64,000 bases of DNA from an uncultured bacterium. GTDB lineage: Bacteria > Krumholzibacteriota > Krumholzibacteriia > Krumholzibacteriales > Krumholzibacteriaceae. Shown in pieces: positions 27,997 through 37,181 of the stretch; the stretch's first letter is position 1; each line of letters begins with the position of its first letter. The notes under the pieces are model-generated. The model did no database searches. It was not told the DNA's origin and saw only the letters and a list, made by a program, of their open reading frames with translations. Location of the stretch: assembly GCA_963786935.1 (NCBI GenBank), contig CAWBAN010000001.1, forward strand, positions 64,001 through 128,000. Reading direction: 5' to 3'. Position numbers and translations under genes: made by a program.

Positions 27997-28667
27997 AGAC
28001 GCCGGTGCGGCTCTGGGTTCGGCTCAAGGTGATCGATCTCGTCGCGCAGACGGCGCGGATCACGCTCACCGACAAGCTCGACTTCGCGGACACGCTCCGC
28101 GGATTGACGCACTACTGGTACTGGGGCATGGATGCCGAAGCGTCCGACGCGAAGGGCGCGCTCGAGGAGATCGATCGCATGATCAGGCTGGATAGTGCAT
28201 TCACTAACCAGAACAAGCATCTCTATCGTCTTGCAGCGGGTGTCGATCTTGTTCGCGGCGATCTCGCGCTCGAAAAGGACTATCCCGTGGGCATGGGGGC
28301 GGACATTCTCGCGAACGAGCCCATTGGAGGCTCTGCGACTGGGCTCGGAGCGAGAATGTCCGCCCCCTTCGCGTTCGACGCGCTCGTGCGCGAGAGGAGG
28401 CCCGACCGCGAGGCGGGCTTCGCGGCGCGGCTCAACGCGCGGATCAAGGGCGTGACCGTATCGAACATGAAATGCGGCGAGATGTGGCGTATCACGGTGA
28501 GCGCGCCGTCCGAGAAGGATGCGCTCGCCGTCGTCGAGAAGATGCTCGTGAGCCGTTCGCGGCGCGAGGGGCTGCTCCTCAATCCGCATTACCAGACGTA
28601 CGAGATTCTCGCGGCGACGCGCCTCGGCGCGGGAAGCGCCGCCGAGGCCGACCGGGCGAAGGAGTGA
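27993..28667 (+). CDS. Probable tandem (two-domain) PurS-like protein
   Basis: Lies between purQ and purF with overlapping start/stop; two ~80-aa halves with PurS-like pattern, second ending LLLNPHYQTYEI; no other purS in the cluster. Confidence 0.55.
   Translation: MKTPVRLWVRLKVIDLVAQTARITLTDKLDFADTLRGLTHYWYWGMDAEASDAKGALEEIDRMIRLDSAFTNQNKHLYRLAAGVDLVRGDLALEKDYPVGMGADILANEPIGGSATGLGARMSAPFAFDALVRERRPDREAGFAARLNARIKGVTVSNMKCGEMWRITVSAPSEKDALAVVEKMLVSRSRREGLLLNPHYQTYEILAATRLGAGSAAEADRAKE
28295..28367 (+). repeat. Intragenic palindromic element, copy 1
   Basis: gggggcggacattctcgc-gaa-cgagccca-ttggaggctctgcgac-tgggctcg-ga-gcgagaatgtccgccccc (perfect 18-bp outer arms). Confidence 0.92.
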
Positions 28668-30106
28668 ACAGCGTGAAGCTCAAGGAAGCGTGCGCGGTAT
28701 TCGGGATCTACGGTTCGGAGGAAGCCGCGCAGCTGACGTACCTCGGACTCTACGCGCTCCAGCACCGCGGGCAGGAGGCTTCCGGGATCGTCACGTCGGA
28801 CCGCGGGCTCATCCGCGAGCACCGCGACATGGGGCTCGTCTCGAAGGTCTACGACAGGGAAATCCTTTCGAAGCTCGCGGGATCGATGGCGATCGGGCAC
28901 AACCGCTACTCGACGATGGGGCTCTCGAGCATGGCGAACATCCAGCCGCTCCTCGTCGACTGCAAGATCGGCAAGATCGCCGTCGGGCATAACGGGAACC
29001 TCGTGAACGCCGTGGATCTGCGCCGGGGAATGGAAGCGGACGGCTCGATCTTCCGGAGCACGACCGACAGCGAGGTCATCCTTCACCTCATCGCGCGCAG
29101 CCGCGCCTCCGCGATCGAGGATATGATCGCCGAAGCGCTCCGCACGGTGCAGGGCGCCTTCTCGCTCGTGTTTCTCACGAAGGACAAGGTGATCGCGGCG
29201 CGCGACACGCGCGGCTTCCGCCCGCTCTGTCTCGGACGGCTCGGCGGCGCCTATGTCTTCGCCTCGGAGAGCTGCGCGTTCGACATCATCGGCGCCGAGT
29301 ATCTCCGGGAGATCGCGCCGGGCGAGCTCTGCGTCCTCGGCCCCGGCGGGCCGCAGTTCCTGCGCTTCGCGGAGCCCGAGCAGCGCCTCATGCGCTGCAT
29401 CTTCGAGTTCATCTACTTCTCGCGCCCCGACAGCAAGGTGTTCGGCGAGAACGTCGACAAGGTGCGCCGCAAGCTCGGCAGGCGCCTCGCGCTCGAGTCG
29501 GCCGTCGACGCGGACATGGTGATCGCGGTGCCCGATTCGAGCAACACGATCGCGCTCGGCTACGCGGAGCAGTCGAAGATCCCCTTCGAGCTCGGTTTGA
29601 TCAGGAACCACTACGTCGGACGCACCTTCATCCAGCCGCGCCAGGCCGTGCGCGACGGGGACGTGCGGATCAAGTTCAACCCGGTCCGCGGCGTCCTCAA
29701 GGGGAAGCGCATCGTGCTCGTCGACGATTCGATCGTCCGCGGCTCGACGATGAAGAAGCTCATTACGATGCTGCGCGAGGTCGGCGTCGAGAAAATCAAT
29801 CTGCGGATCGGCTCCCCGCCCATCACGCATTCGTGCTACTACGGAATCGACACGCCGACGCGCGGCGAGCTCATCGCCTCGAGCCACTCGGCGAGCCAGA
29901 TTCAGGAGTATCTCGGCGTCGACAGCCTCCACTACCTCTCGACGGAGGGGCTGCTCTCGTGCGTCGAGGATCCCGACAACTACTGCGTCGCATGCTTCAC
30001 CGGCGCCTATCCGGTCATGCCCGACGGATGTCTGCACAAGGACGTCTTCGAGGACCGCACCGGGTGCGTCGACGGCTTCGGCGTGCGGGAGGATGTGGAC
30101 CGTTGA
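28664..30106 (+). CDS. purF: Amidophosphoribosyltransferase (propeptide, Fe-S type)
   Basis: GTG 28664; KEACAVFG (catalytic Cys after propeptide), LQHRGQE, GHNRYST, VDDSIVRG, YCVACF. Confidence 0.96.
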   Translation: MNSVKLKEACAVFGIYGSEEAAQLTYLGLYALQHRGQEASGIVTSDRGLIREHRDMGLVSKVYDREILSKLAGSMAIGHNRYSTMGLSSMANIQPLLVDCKIGKIAVGHNGNLVNAVDLRRGMEADGSIFRSTTDSEVILHLIARSRASAIEDMIAEALRTVQGAFSLVFLTKDKVIAARDTRGFRPLCLGRLGGAYVFASESCAFDIIGAEYLREIAPGELCVLGPGGPQFLRFAEPEQRLMRCIFEFIYFSRPDSKVFGENVDKVRRKLGRRLALESAVDADMVIAVPDSSNTIALGYAEQSKIPFELGLIRNHYVGRTFIQPRQAVRDGDVRIKFNPVRGVLKGKRIVLVDDSIVRGSTMKKLITMLREVGVEKINLRIGSPPITHSCYYGIDTPTRGELIASSHSASQIQEYLGVDSLHYLSTEGLLSCVEDPDNYCVACFTGAYPVMPDGCLHKDVFEDRTGCVDGFGVREDVDR

Positions 30107-32868
30107 GGACGGCGCTTCTCCCGCTCGTGCAGCGTCCCTCGCGGTACGCCGGCGGCGAGATGAACCTCTCGAACGAGGGCTTCGTCGAAGGGCGCTTCAA
30201 CGTGCTCCTCGTGTTCCCCGACGCCTACGAGATCGGCATGTCCCATCTGGGCATCCGGTTTCTCTACCACGCGCTCGCGGGGCTCGACGGCGTGGGCGTC
30301 GAGCTCGCCTTCGCGCCCTGGCCCGACGCGGCGGATCTCATGCGCGCGTGCGGCGAGCCGCTGCGGAGCCTGCAGACGGGCACGAGCGTGTCCCGCTTCG
30401 ACCTCGTGGGATTCTCCATCGGCTACGAGCTGCATTACACGAACGTTCTGATGATGCTCGGCCTCGCCGGCATCCCGCTCGAGGCGGCCGCGCGGCGCGA
30501 GGAGGATCCGATCGTCGTCGCCGGGGGACCGTGCTGCACGAATCCGCTCCCGTTCATCGCGGCGCTCGACGCGGTGTTTCTGGGCGACGGGGAGGATTCG
30601 CTCGCCGAGGCGGTCGCGGCGCTCGCGCGGTTCAAGGCGTCGCGCGCGGGGCGAAGCGCGAAGCGGGAGGCGCTCGCCGGCGTCGAGGGCGTGTACGTCG
30701 AGGGCGTCACGCCGTCCGTCACGGCGCGCACGCACCGGTTCGCCGACGGCGATCTGCCGCGGCGCCCGATCGTGCCCTCCGCGGAGGCCGTTCACGAGCG
30801 GCTCGCGATCGAGATCATGCGCGGCTGCTCGCGGGGCTGCCGCTTCTGCCACGCGGGTATGTTCTACCGGCCGTGCCGCGAGCGGAGCGTCGACGAGATC
30901 GTGTCGGCGGCGCTCGAAGGGCTCGCCGCGACGGGATGGGACGAGGTGTCGCTCCTCTCGCTCTCGACGTCGGACTACTCGCGGCTCGACGAGCTGCTGG
31001 CGCGGCTCGTCCCCGAGCTCGAGCGGCGGAAGGTGTCGCTCGCGCTCCCGAGCCTCAGGCCCGAGACGATCACGAGCGCGATCGTTTCGGCCTCGTCGAC
31101 CGTGGCGAAATCGGGCTTCACGCTCGCGCCCGAGGCGGGGACGGATCGGCTGCGCCGCGTCGTCAGGAAGGATTTCACCGAGGAGGAGATCATCCGCGGC
31201 GTTTCGAGGATCCTCGACGGCGGCTGGCAGACGCTCAAGCTCTACTTCATGATCGGGCTTCCGACCGAGACGGACGAGGATCTCGACGGTATCGCGGCGC
31301 TCGTCGAGCGGATCCTCGAGCTTCCGCGCCGGCAGGGGAGATTCAGCCTCGGCGTGTCGATCTCCCCGTTCGTGCCGAAGGCGCACACGCCGTTCCAGTG
31401 GGAGCGGCAGTGCTCGCTCGAGGAGTTCCGCGCGAAGGAGAGCTACCTCGACCGCCGCATCCGGAACCGCTTCGTCAACCTGAGCCTCCGCGACCCCTCG
31501 ATCAGCGTTCTCGAGGGCGTGCTCGCGCGCGGGGACCGGCGCCTCTGGCCCGCGCTGCGGCGCGCGCACGAGCTCGGGTGCCGCTTCGACGGGTGGACCG
31601 ACCACCTGCGGATGGATCTCTGGAACCGCTCGCTCGCCGAATGCGGGCTCGACGCCGCTGATTTCACCGCGGCGCGCCCCCTCGACGAGCCGCTCCCGTG
31701 GGACGCCTTCGAGCTGCACGCCTCGGGGAAGCTTCTCCGCGCCGAGCGCGACCGGGCATATGGCGCGGATGTTCCCCCTCCGAGCCCAGTCGCAGAGCCT
31801 CCAATGGGCTCGTTCGGGGGAACATCCGTGCCTGAGACAAGCTTGGTTGCGGGAGCTTCAGGGGACTCCTCCGCGGAAACGTCCGCGCCTGACGCAACTG
31901 AAGGGCTTGGCGCACTCGCGCACGAGCCCATTGGAGGCTCTGCGACTGGGCTCGCAGCGAGTGCGCCAAGCCCCCCTCAGGTGTTCCGGTATCGAGTCGT
32001 GTACGAGAAGCGCGGGCGGGCGCGGTTCCTGTCGCACCTGGAGACGCTGGCCGTGATCCGGCGGGCGCTGCGCCGCTCGGGGCTCCCGCTCAGCTACTCG
32101 GAGGGATTTCACCCGCATCCGAAGATCTCGGCCGGCCCCTCGCTCTCCGTGGGCATGGAGGGATTCGGCGAGTTCTTCGATATCGAGCTGGTCGAGCCGG
32201 CCGGTCCGAAGCCCGATTCGCTGAACGCGCTCTTCCCGCCGGGCTTCTCGGTGAAGGCCTGCGCGGGACCGTTTTCCCGCAGGGAGGGAAAGCTCCCGCA
32301 GGAGGCGAGATTCACCTATCTGCTTCGTTTCGACGACCTTCGCTCGCTCCTGAAATTCTCCGGATCCGCGAGCGAAAAACTGTTGCAAACGGAGCGCATG
32401 TGGTATCTTCTCGCGGAAGAGCTTGGCGTCGCCGGGAGCCTCGATGTGTTCGAGTGCGGAGCCCCCGTCGATCCGGCTCAATGGTTTGCGGCCGAGTGGA
32501 GGCGCATGATCGAGCGAGGCGCCTCCGTCAGGAACGAGAAAGGCAAGGAGCGCTCCTGTGCCGGGTGCGCGGTGCGGCTCGTCGAGAGCCCCGCGCCGCC
32601 GGTCGGCGGCTGGCCCGGTGAAACGGGAGCCGCCGCGAGCGGCGGCGCGCCCGATGAAACGGGCGGCCCCGCGCCGGCAGGCGCCTGCGTCGAGCTCGTT
32701 CTTCCCGGGGCGGATGGCGCCCCCCGGCCCCAGGATTTGTTAATGGCATTCATGCCGAAAAATATCGCCTCGCTCGTACGGATTCAACGGCTGGAGATTA
32801 ACTACCGATGCGGAGAAGATATTCGAGATCCCGTCGCGGCGATCGGGGAGAAGCGCCCCGCAACTTAA
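30103..32868 (+). CDS. TIGR03960-like B12-binding radical SAM protein fused to TIGR03936-like radical-SAM-linked domain
   Basis: TTG overlapping purF stop; PSRYAGGE, FPDAYEIGMSHLG, RGCSRGCRFCHAG, PKAHTPFQW; second domain KRGRARFLSHLE...YSEGFHPHPK; upstream of rng. Confidence 0.88.
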   Translation: MRTALLPLVQRPSRYAGGEMNLSNEGFVEGRFNVLLVFPDAYEIGMSHLGIRFLYHALAGLDGVGVELAFAPWPDAADLMRACGEPLRSLQTGTSVSRFDLVGFSIGYELHYTNVLMMLGLAGIPLEAAARREEDPIVVAGGPCCTNPLPFIAALDAVFLGDGEDSLAEAVAALARFKASRAGRSAKREALAGVEGVYVEGVTPSVTARTHRFADGDLPRRPIVPSAEAVHERLAIEIMRGCSRGCRFCHAGMFYRPCRERSVDEIVSAALEGLAATGWDEVSLLSLSTSDYSRLDELLARLVPELERRKVSLALPSLRPETITSAIVSASSTVAKSGFTLAPEAGTDRLRRVVRKDFTEEEIIRGVSRILDGGWQTLKLYFMIGLPTETDEDLDGIAALVERILELPRRQGRFSLGVSISPFVPKAHTPFQWERQCSLEEFRAKESYLDRRIRNRFVNLSLRDPSISVLEGVLARGDRRLWPALRRAHELGCRFDGWTDHLRMDLWNRSLAECGLDAADFTAARPLDEPLPWDAFELHASGKLLRAERDRAYGADVPPPSPVAEPPMGSFGGTSVPETSLVAGASGDSSAETSAPDATEGLGALAHEPIGGSATGLAASAPSPPQVFRYRVVYEKRGRARFLSHLETLAVIRRALRRSGLPLSYSEGFHPHPKISAGPSLSVGMEGFGEFFDIELVEPAGPKPDSLNALFPPGFSVKACAGPFSRREGKLPQEARFTYLLRFDDLRSLLKFSGSASEKLLQTERMWYLLAEELGVAGSLDVFECGAPVDPAQWFAAEWRRMIERGASVRNEKGKERSCAGCAVRLVESPAPPVGGWPGETGAAASGGAPDETGGPAPAGACVELVLPGADGAPRPQDLLMAFMPKNIASLVRIQRLEINYRCGEDIRDPVAAIGEKRPAT
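31762..31832 (-). repeat. Intragenic palindromic element, copy 2 (inverted)
   Basis: ggcgcggatgttccccc-tc-cgagccca-gtcgcagagcctccaa-tgggctcg-ttc-gggggaacatccgtgcc; central 37 bp are the exact reverse complement of copy 1. Confidence 0.92.
31903..31973 (+). repeat. Intragenic palindromic element, copy 3
   Basis: gggcttggcgcactcgc-gca-cgagccca-ttggaggctctgcgac-tgggctcg-ca-gcgagtgcgccaagccc (perfect 17-bp outer arms). Confidence 0.92.
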
Positions 32869-34394
32869 AGACACAGATTCTCATCAACTACACGGCGCGC
32901 GAGGTGCGTATCGCGATCCTCGAGGAACGCGAGCTCGTCGAGCTCCTCATTGAGCGCGAGGACAGCCGCCACACGGTCGGCGACATCTTTCTCGGGCGCG
33001 TCACCGCGGTGATTCCCGGAATCCAGGCCGCGTTCGTCGACATCGGGCAGGAGAAGGCGGCGTTCCTCCACGTGAGCGACGTCTCGACGGGCGCGATCGA
33101 TCCCGAGCTCCTCGACGAAGAGGACGACAAGTCGCGCGGCCGCAAGGACAAGGATCTCCCGCCGATCGAGAACCTCCTCAAAAAGGGGCAGGATATCCTC
33201 GTGCAGGTGCGCAAGGAGGCGATCGGCACGAAGGGGCCGCGGATTTCCTCCGAGATCTCGCTCCCGGGCCGCTACGCGGTGTTCATGCCCGGGCTCGACC
33301 ACATCGGCGTGAGCAAGAAGATCGAAGACCGCCGCGAGCGTTCGAGGCTCAAGGCCATCGTGAAAAAATATCGGCCCGAGGGGGCCGCGGTCATCGTCCG
33401 CACCGCCGGGGAGGGCGTGGACGAGGGACCGCTGCGCGACGACATCAAGTACCTCGAGAAGGTCGCGAAAGACTTGAAGGAGAAGAGCGAGACCGCCGCG
33501 CCGCCGGCCCTCGTCCACGAGGACGTCGATCTCACGATCTTCGCCATCCGCGACCTTTTCTCGGAGAGCGTCGAATCGATCATCATCGACAACAAGGAAG
33601 AGTACGAGCGCCTGCGCAACTACTTCAAGTCGTTCGCCCCGCAGCTCGCCGAGCGCGTGCGCTTCTACGAGGAGAAGACCCCGATCTTCGATTTCTACGA
33701 CGTCGAGGGGGACATCGAGAAGATTCTCGAGAGCAAGATCTGGCTCAAGAAGGGCGGCTACATCATCATCGAGCACACCGAGGCGCTCGTCACGATCGAC
33801 GTCAACACGGGGCGCTTCGTCGGAAAGCGCGATCAGGAGGAGACGATCCTCGAGACGAACATGATCGCCGCGAAGGAGATCGCCCGCCAGCTCAGGCTCC
33901 GCGACATCGGCGGCATCATCGTCATCGACTTCATCGACATGGAGGTCGAGGAAAACCGCCGCAAGGTCTACAACGAGTTCCGCAACCTGCTCCGGAAGGA
34001 CCGCTCGCGCGTGCGCGTCTATCCGATGAGCGATCTCGGCATCATCGAGGTGAGCCGCAAGCGCGTCCGGCCGAGCCTCCTGCACTACTACAGCCAGGAG
34101 TGCCCGTACTGCACGGGGCGCGGCAAGGTGCTGAGCCTCGAATCGATGGCCATGAAGGTCGAGCACTGGATCAGGCGCATCGGCGGGGGCAAGCGGCGCG
34201 AGAGCGGCATCATGTTCAAGCTCAACCCCGTGCTCGGCGTATTCCTCCGCGAAGAGCGCCTCGAGACGCTGAACGAACTCGCCGCGATGTACCGCGTCAG
34301 AGTCGAGATCATCGACGACCCGCGGCTGCACCGCGAGGAAATAGAGATCTATTCGCTCGACGGGGAGCGGAACCTCAAGGCGGCGTTCGAATAG
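32808..34394 (+). CDS. rng: Rne/Rng family ribonuclease (RNase G-like); start uncertain
   Basis: VGDIFLGRV, AAFVDIG, IDVNTG, RQLRLRDIGGIIVIDFIDM, CPYCTGRG. Confidence 0.92.
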   Translation: MRRRYSRSRRGDRGEAPRNLKTQILINYTAREVRIAILEERELVELLIEREDSRHTVGDIFLGRVTAVIPGIQAAFVDIGQEKAAFLHVSDVSTGAIDPELLDEEDDKSRGRKDKDLPPIENLLKKGQDILVQVRKEAIGTKGPRISSEISLPGRYAVFMPGLDHIGVSKKIEDRRERSRLKAIVKKYRPEGAAVIVRTAGEGVDEGPLRDDIKYLEKVAKDLKEKSETAAPPALVHEDVDLTIFAIRDLFSESVESIIIDNKEEYERLRNYFKSFAPQLAERVRFYEEKTPIFDFYDVEGDIEKILESKIWLKKGGYIIIEHTEALVTIDVNTGRFVGKRDQEETILETNMIAAKEIARQLRLRDIGGIIVIDFIDMEVEENRRKVYNEFRNLLRKDRSRVRVYPMSDLGIIEVSRKRVRPSLLHYYSQECPYCTGRGKVLSLESMAMKVEHWIRRIGGGKRRESGIMFKLNPVLGVFLREERLETLNELAAMYRVRVEIIDDPRLHREEIEIYSLDGERNLKAAFE

Positions 34395-34454
34395 GGGCCG
34401 CCGGTGCCGCTGCCGCCCGCCGGGCCGTTCGGTCGTTGGGGCAGGAGGTGGCGC

Positions 34455-34958
34455 ATGAAACGCAGGGTCGCATTCGCAGCCCTCTTTCTCTTCCTCGTCA
34501 TCAACGCGGGATGCCCGTACACGGCGAAGATACCGATCGCCGTTCCGGATCGAAGCGCGTTCGATCCGCGCCTCGTCGGGGAGTGGATCGCCTCCGGCGA
34601 CGCGGGAGATACGGTCCTTGTCAGCGTCTATCCCTTCAACGAAGCCGAGTACTACGTGGAAACCGTCGAGGGGAAGGACAAGCCGGACCGCTACCGCGTG
34701 TTCGCGTTCACCGTCGGAAAGGAACGGTTGCTCCACCTGAACGAGCTCGGTTTCGAGAACAGCGTGCACGAGTTCGTCTTCGGCCGCTACGATCTGTCCG
34801 TTGATGGAGAGCTCACCATCAGGTTCATCGGCGAGAAATGCGTTCCGAAATCGCTTGCCGACGATGCGAAGGCGCTCAGGGCGTTCATCGCCGCGCACCT
34901 CGACGATCCGGCGCTCGACGACGAAGATGTGAAACTCGTCATGAGGAGAAAATCATGA
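34455..34958 (+). CDS. Hypothetical lipoprotein
   Basis: GGAGG RBS; signal peptide ending INAGC; DPRLVGEW. Confidence 0.7.
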   Translation: MKRRVAFAALFLFLVINAGCPYTAKIPIAVPDRSAFDPRLVGEWIASGDAGDTVLVSVYPFNEAEYYVETVEGKDKPDRYRVFAFTVGKERLLHLNELGFENSVHEFVFGRYDLSVDGELTIRFIGEKCVPKSLADDAKALRAFIAAHLDDPALDDEDVKLVMRRKS

Positions 34959-35794
34959 ACGAGAAAGGCACGAGCGGCGGAAGCCGCATGGATAAGTGGT
35001 TGAGGATCATCTGGCTCGTGAACGGCATCTTGCTGCTCATTATGTTCGGTAGCGGATTGAAGGATACCATCGAGGGCTGGATCCCGCGCGGCGGCGGGGA
35101 GCCGAGCGGACCGATCGTCGGTAAAGAGCTGGAAAAGGCGAAGGCCGATACGCTTGCGCTGCAGGACATCGTGAGCACCGTTCCGGAGCGAATCGGCAGG
35201 ACCCACTACAGCTATCTCTCGCTCGCCGCAAAGGATCTGGCGAAGCCCTCTGGCATGCCGAAATACTCCGAAAAAGGATATTCGGAGGCCGTGAAGTACT
35301 CCAGGCCCTCGGGCGCGAGCGATGAGATAATCTTCAATTCATACGATGAGGCTATCAATATTATTTTCCTGAGCGACGACGGATCGGATATGCGCCTGCT
35401 GTTGAGGGAGAAGGGCGCTGTCGTCAGCACGGATATTCCTTCGAGCGACGATACGGCTCAATCCTACAATTTGTATCAAATCGTTTTTCGCGATACGAAC
35501 GGCGATGGACGCTTGACGTCCGAGGATCGGTCGATTCTCTACATCTCAGATCTGGACGGACGTAACCTGAGGCCGCTGCTGCCCGACAGCGTCGACGCGA
35601 AGCGGGTCGTCAGGTCCTTCCGGGACGACGAGATCTTCATCATGTGCCAGATACGGCCGCGCGATCCAAAGGTGCCGGAATCGGATTGGCGGGAGATCAT
35701 CTATCGGTACGACGTGCTGGCCCAGAAGCTCTCAACCATTCTGCCGGATGACAGGCTGATGAACGAAGCGCGCAGGATCCTGCAGACTGAATAG
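34955..35794 (+). CDS. Hypothetical membrane-anchored protein
   Basis: ATGA overlap with upstream gene; N-terminal [14 protein letters not shown]a-binding-like loop; atypical codon usage. Confidence 0.7.
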   Translation: MNEKGTSGGSRMDKWLRIIWLVNGILLLIMFGSGLKDTIEGWIPRGGGEPSGPIVGKELEKAKADTLALQDIVSTVPERIGRTHYSYLSLAAKDLAKPSGMPKYSEKGYSEAVKYSRPSGASDEIIFNSYDEAINIIFLSDDGSDMRLLLREKGAVVSTDIPSSDDTAQSYNLYQIVFRDTNGDGRLTSEDRSILYISDLDGRNLRPLLPDSVDAKRVVRSFRDDEIFIMCQIRPRDPKVPESDWREIIYRYDVLAQKLSTILPDDRLMNEARRILQTE

Positions 35795-35828
35795 GCTGTT
35801 CGTGGAACGCAGGAAAAAGGAGGCGATC

Positions 35829-36518
35829 ATGAAGAAGTACGGGGCGGAGTTCGTCGGGACCTTCTGGCTCGTGCTCGGCGGCTGCGGAAGCGCGGTGCTC
35901 GCGGCCGCCTATCCGGGGCTCGGCATCGGTTTTCTCGGGGTCGCGCTCGCATTCGGCCTCACGGTGCTCACGATGGCTTATGCCATCGGGCCGATTTCCG
36001 GCTGCCATCTCAATCCGGCGATCTCGGTCGGCGCCGTCGCGGCGGGCAGGCTTCCCGCAAAGGATCTCGTTCCCTACATCGTCTCGCAGGTGCTCGGCGC
36101 GGTGATCGCGGGAGGCGTTCTCTACGTGATCGCGAGCGGGACGCCGGGCTTCGATCTCTCGAACGGCTTCGCCGCGAACGGCTACGGCGAGCATTCCCCC
36201 GGCGGCTATTCGCTCGTCGCGGCCCTCGTCTGCGAGATCGTCATGACGATGATGTTCCTGTTCGTGATCCTGGGCGCGACCGACAAGCGCGCGCACATAG
36301 GTTTCGCGCCGATCGCGATCGGTCTCTGCCTGACGCTCATTCACCTGATCAGCATTCCGGTGACGAACACCTCGGTGAATCCTGCGCGGAGCACGGGCGT
36401 GGCGCTCTTCGCCGGCGGCTGGGCGCTCGCGCAGCTGTGGCTGTTCTGGGTGGCGCCGATCGTCGGCGCGCTCCTCGGCGCGGCGGTGTGGCGGCTCATC
36501 GGTTCCGAGAAAGAATAG
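35829..36518 (+). CDS. aqpZ: Aquaporin Z
   Basis: [36 protein letters not shown]. Confidence 0.95.
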   Translation: MKKYGAEFVGTFWLVLGGCGSAVLAAAYPGLGIGFLGVALAFGLTVLTMAYAIGPISGCHLNPAISVGAVAAGRLPAKDLVPYIVSQVLGAVIAGGVLYVIASGTPGFDLSNGFAANGYGEHSPGGYSLVAALVCEIVMTMMFLFVILGATDKRAHIGFAPIAIGLCLTLIHLISIPVTNTSVNPARSTGVALFAGGWALAQLWLFWVAPIVGALLGAAVWRLIGSEKE

Positions 36519-36527
36519 GAGGAGAGA

Positions 36528-37142
36528 ATGACGAGGCTCGTCTGCGTTCTCGCGATGTTCACGGCGGCGGCATTCATCGCGGGGCCCGTGCACGCCCAGG
36601 ACGATTGCGAGGTTCCCGTCGCGCAGGCCGACACGACCCGAATGGGGGAAGTGATCCCCCCGGTCGAGCTCAAGACGGACACCGCGTTCGCGTACTGCGC
36701 CGTCGAGATGACGGGGAGCTACGATCAGCACGAGGCGGCGTTCGCGAAGCTCTTCGAGACGGCCATGAATCAGGGGATCTACGGCGGCATGCCGTTCGGC
36801 GTCTACTGGAACAGCCCCGCCAACACTCCCGTCGAGCAGCTCAAGTGGGACGTGGGCTTCGCGCTGCCGGCGGGCGCCGCGCCCAAGCTGCCGCTCGCCG
36901 TCAAGAAGTGGGAATACACGACAATGGCCTCGCTCAGGTATCGCGGCGCCTTCGGGGGTGTGGAGATGGACAAGGAATACGGCCGCCTCTACGAGTGGAT
37001 CGCGGGCAACGGCTACGTGGCGGAGGGTCCCATGATGGAGGTATTTCTCAACACGCCGTCCCCCGATGAGAGCGGGGCGCTGGTCGGCGCCGTCGAGATC
37101 GTCGTGCCCGTGCGGAAGGCGCCGCCGCCGAAGGCGAAATAG
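36528..37142 (+). CDS. Secreted GyrI-like small-molecule-binding protein
   Basis: Signal peptide; GSYDQ...PFGVYWNSP, YGRLYEWIAGNGY...MEVFLN. Confidence 0.8.
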   Translation: MTRLVCVLAMFTAAAFIAGPVHAQDDCEVPVAQADTTRMGEVIPPVELKTDTAFAYCAVEMTGSYDQHEAAFAKLFETAMNQGIYGGMPFGVYWNSPANTPVEQLKWDVGFALPAGAAPKLPLAVKKWEYTTMASLRYRGAFGGVEMDKEYGRLYEWIAGNGYVAEGPMMEVFLNTPSPDESGALVGAVEIVVPVRKAPPPKAK

Positions 37143-37181
37143 CGGGATCGCAATCGGGCCGATCCCCGCGCGAAGGCTCCG

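Noticed and set aside
28295..31973. CRISPR repeats or attC sites as explanation for the 32-bp repeated core
   Set aside because: Copies are dispersed, in both orientations and inside ORFs, with no regular spacers, cas genes or attC end motifs.
32649..32664. Hammerhead ribozyme suggested by gatga/gaaac
   Set aside because: The CUGAUGA core and three-stem arrangement are absent.
32808..32880. Non-canonical TTA start or broken start for rng
   Set aside because: Homology seems to begin at TTA-AAG (32865), but an in-frame ATG at 32808 with an upstream GGAG gives an ordinary explanation.
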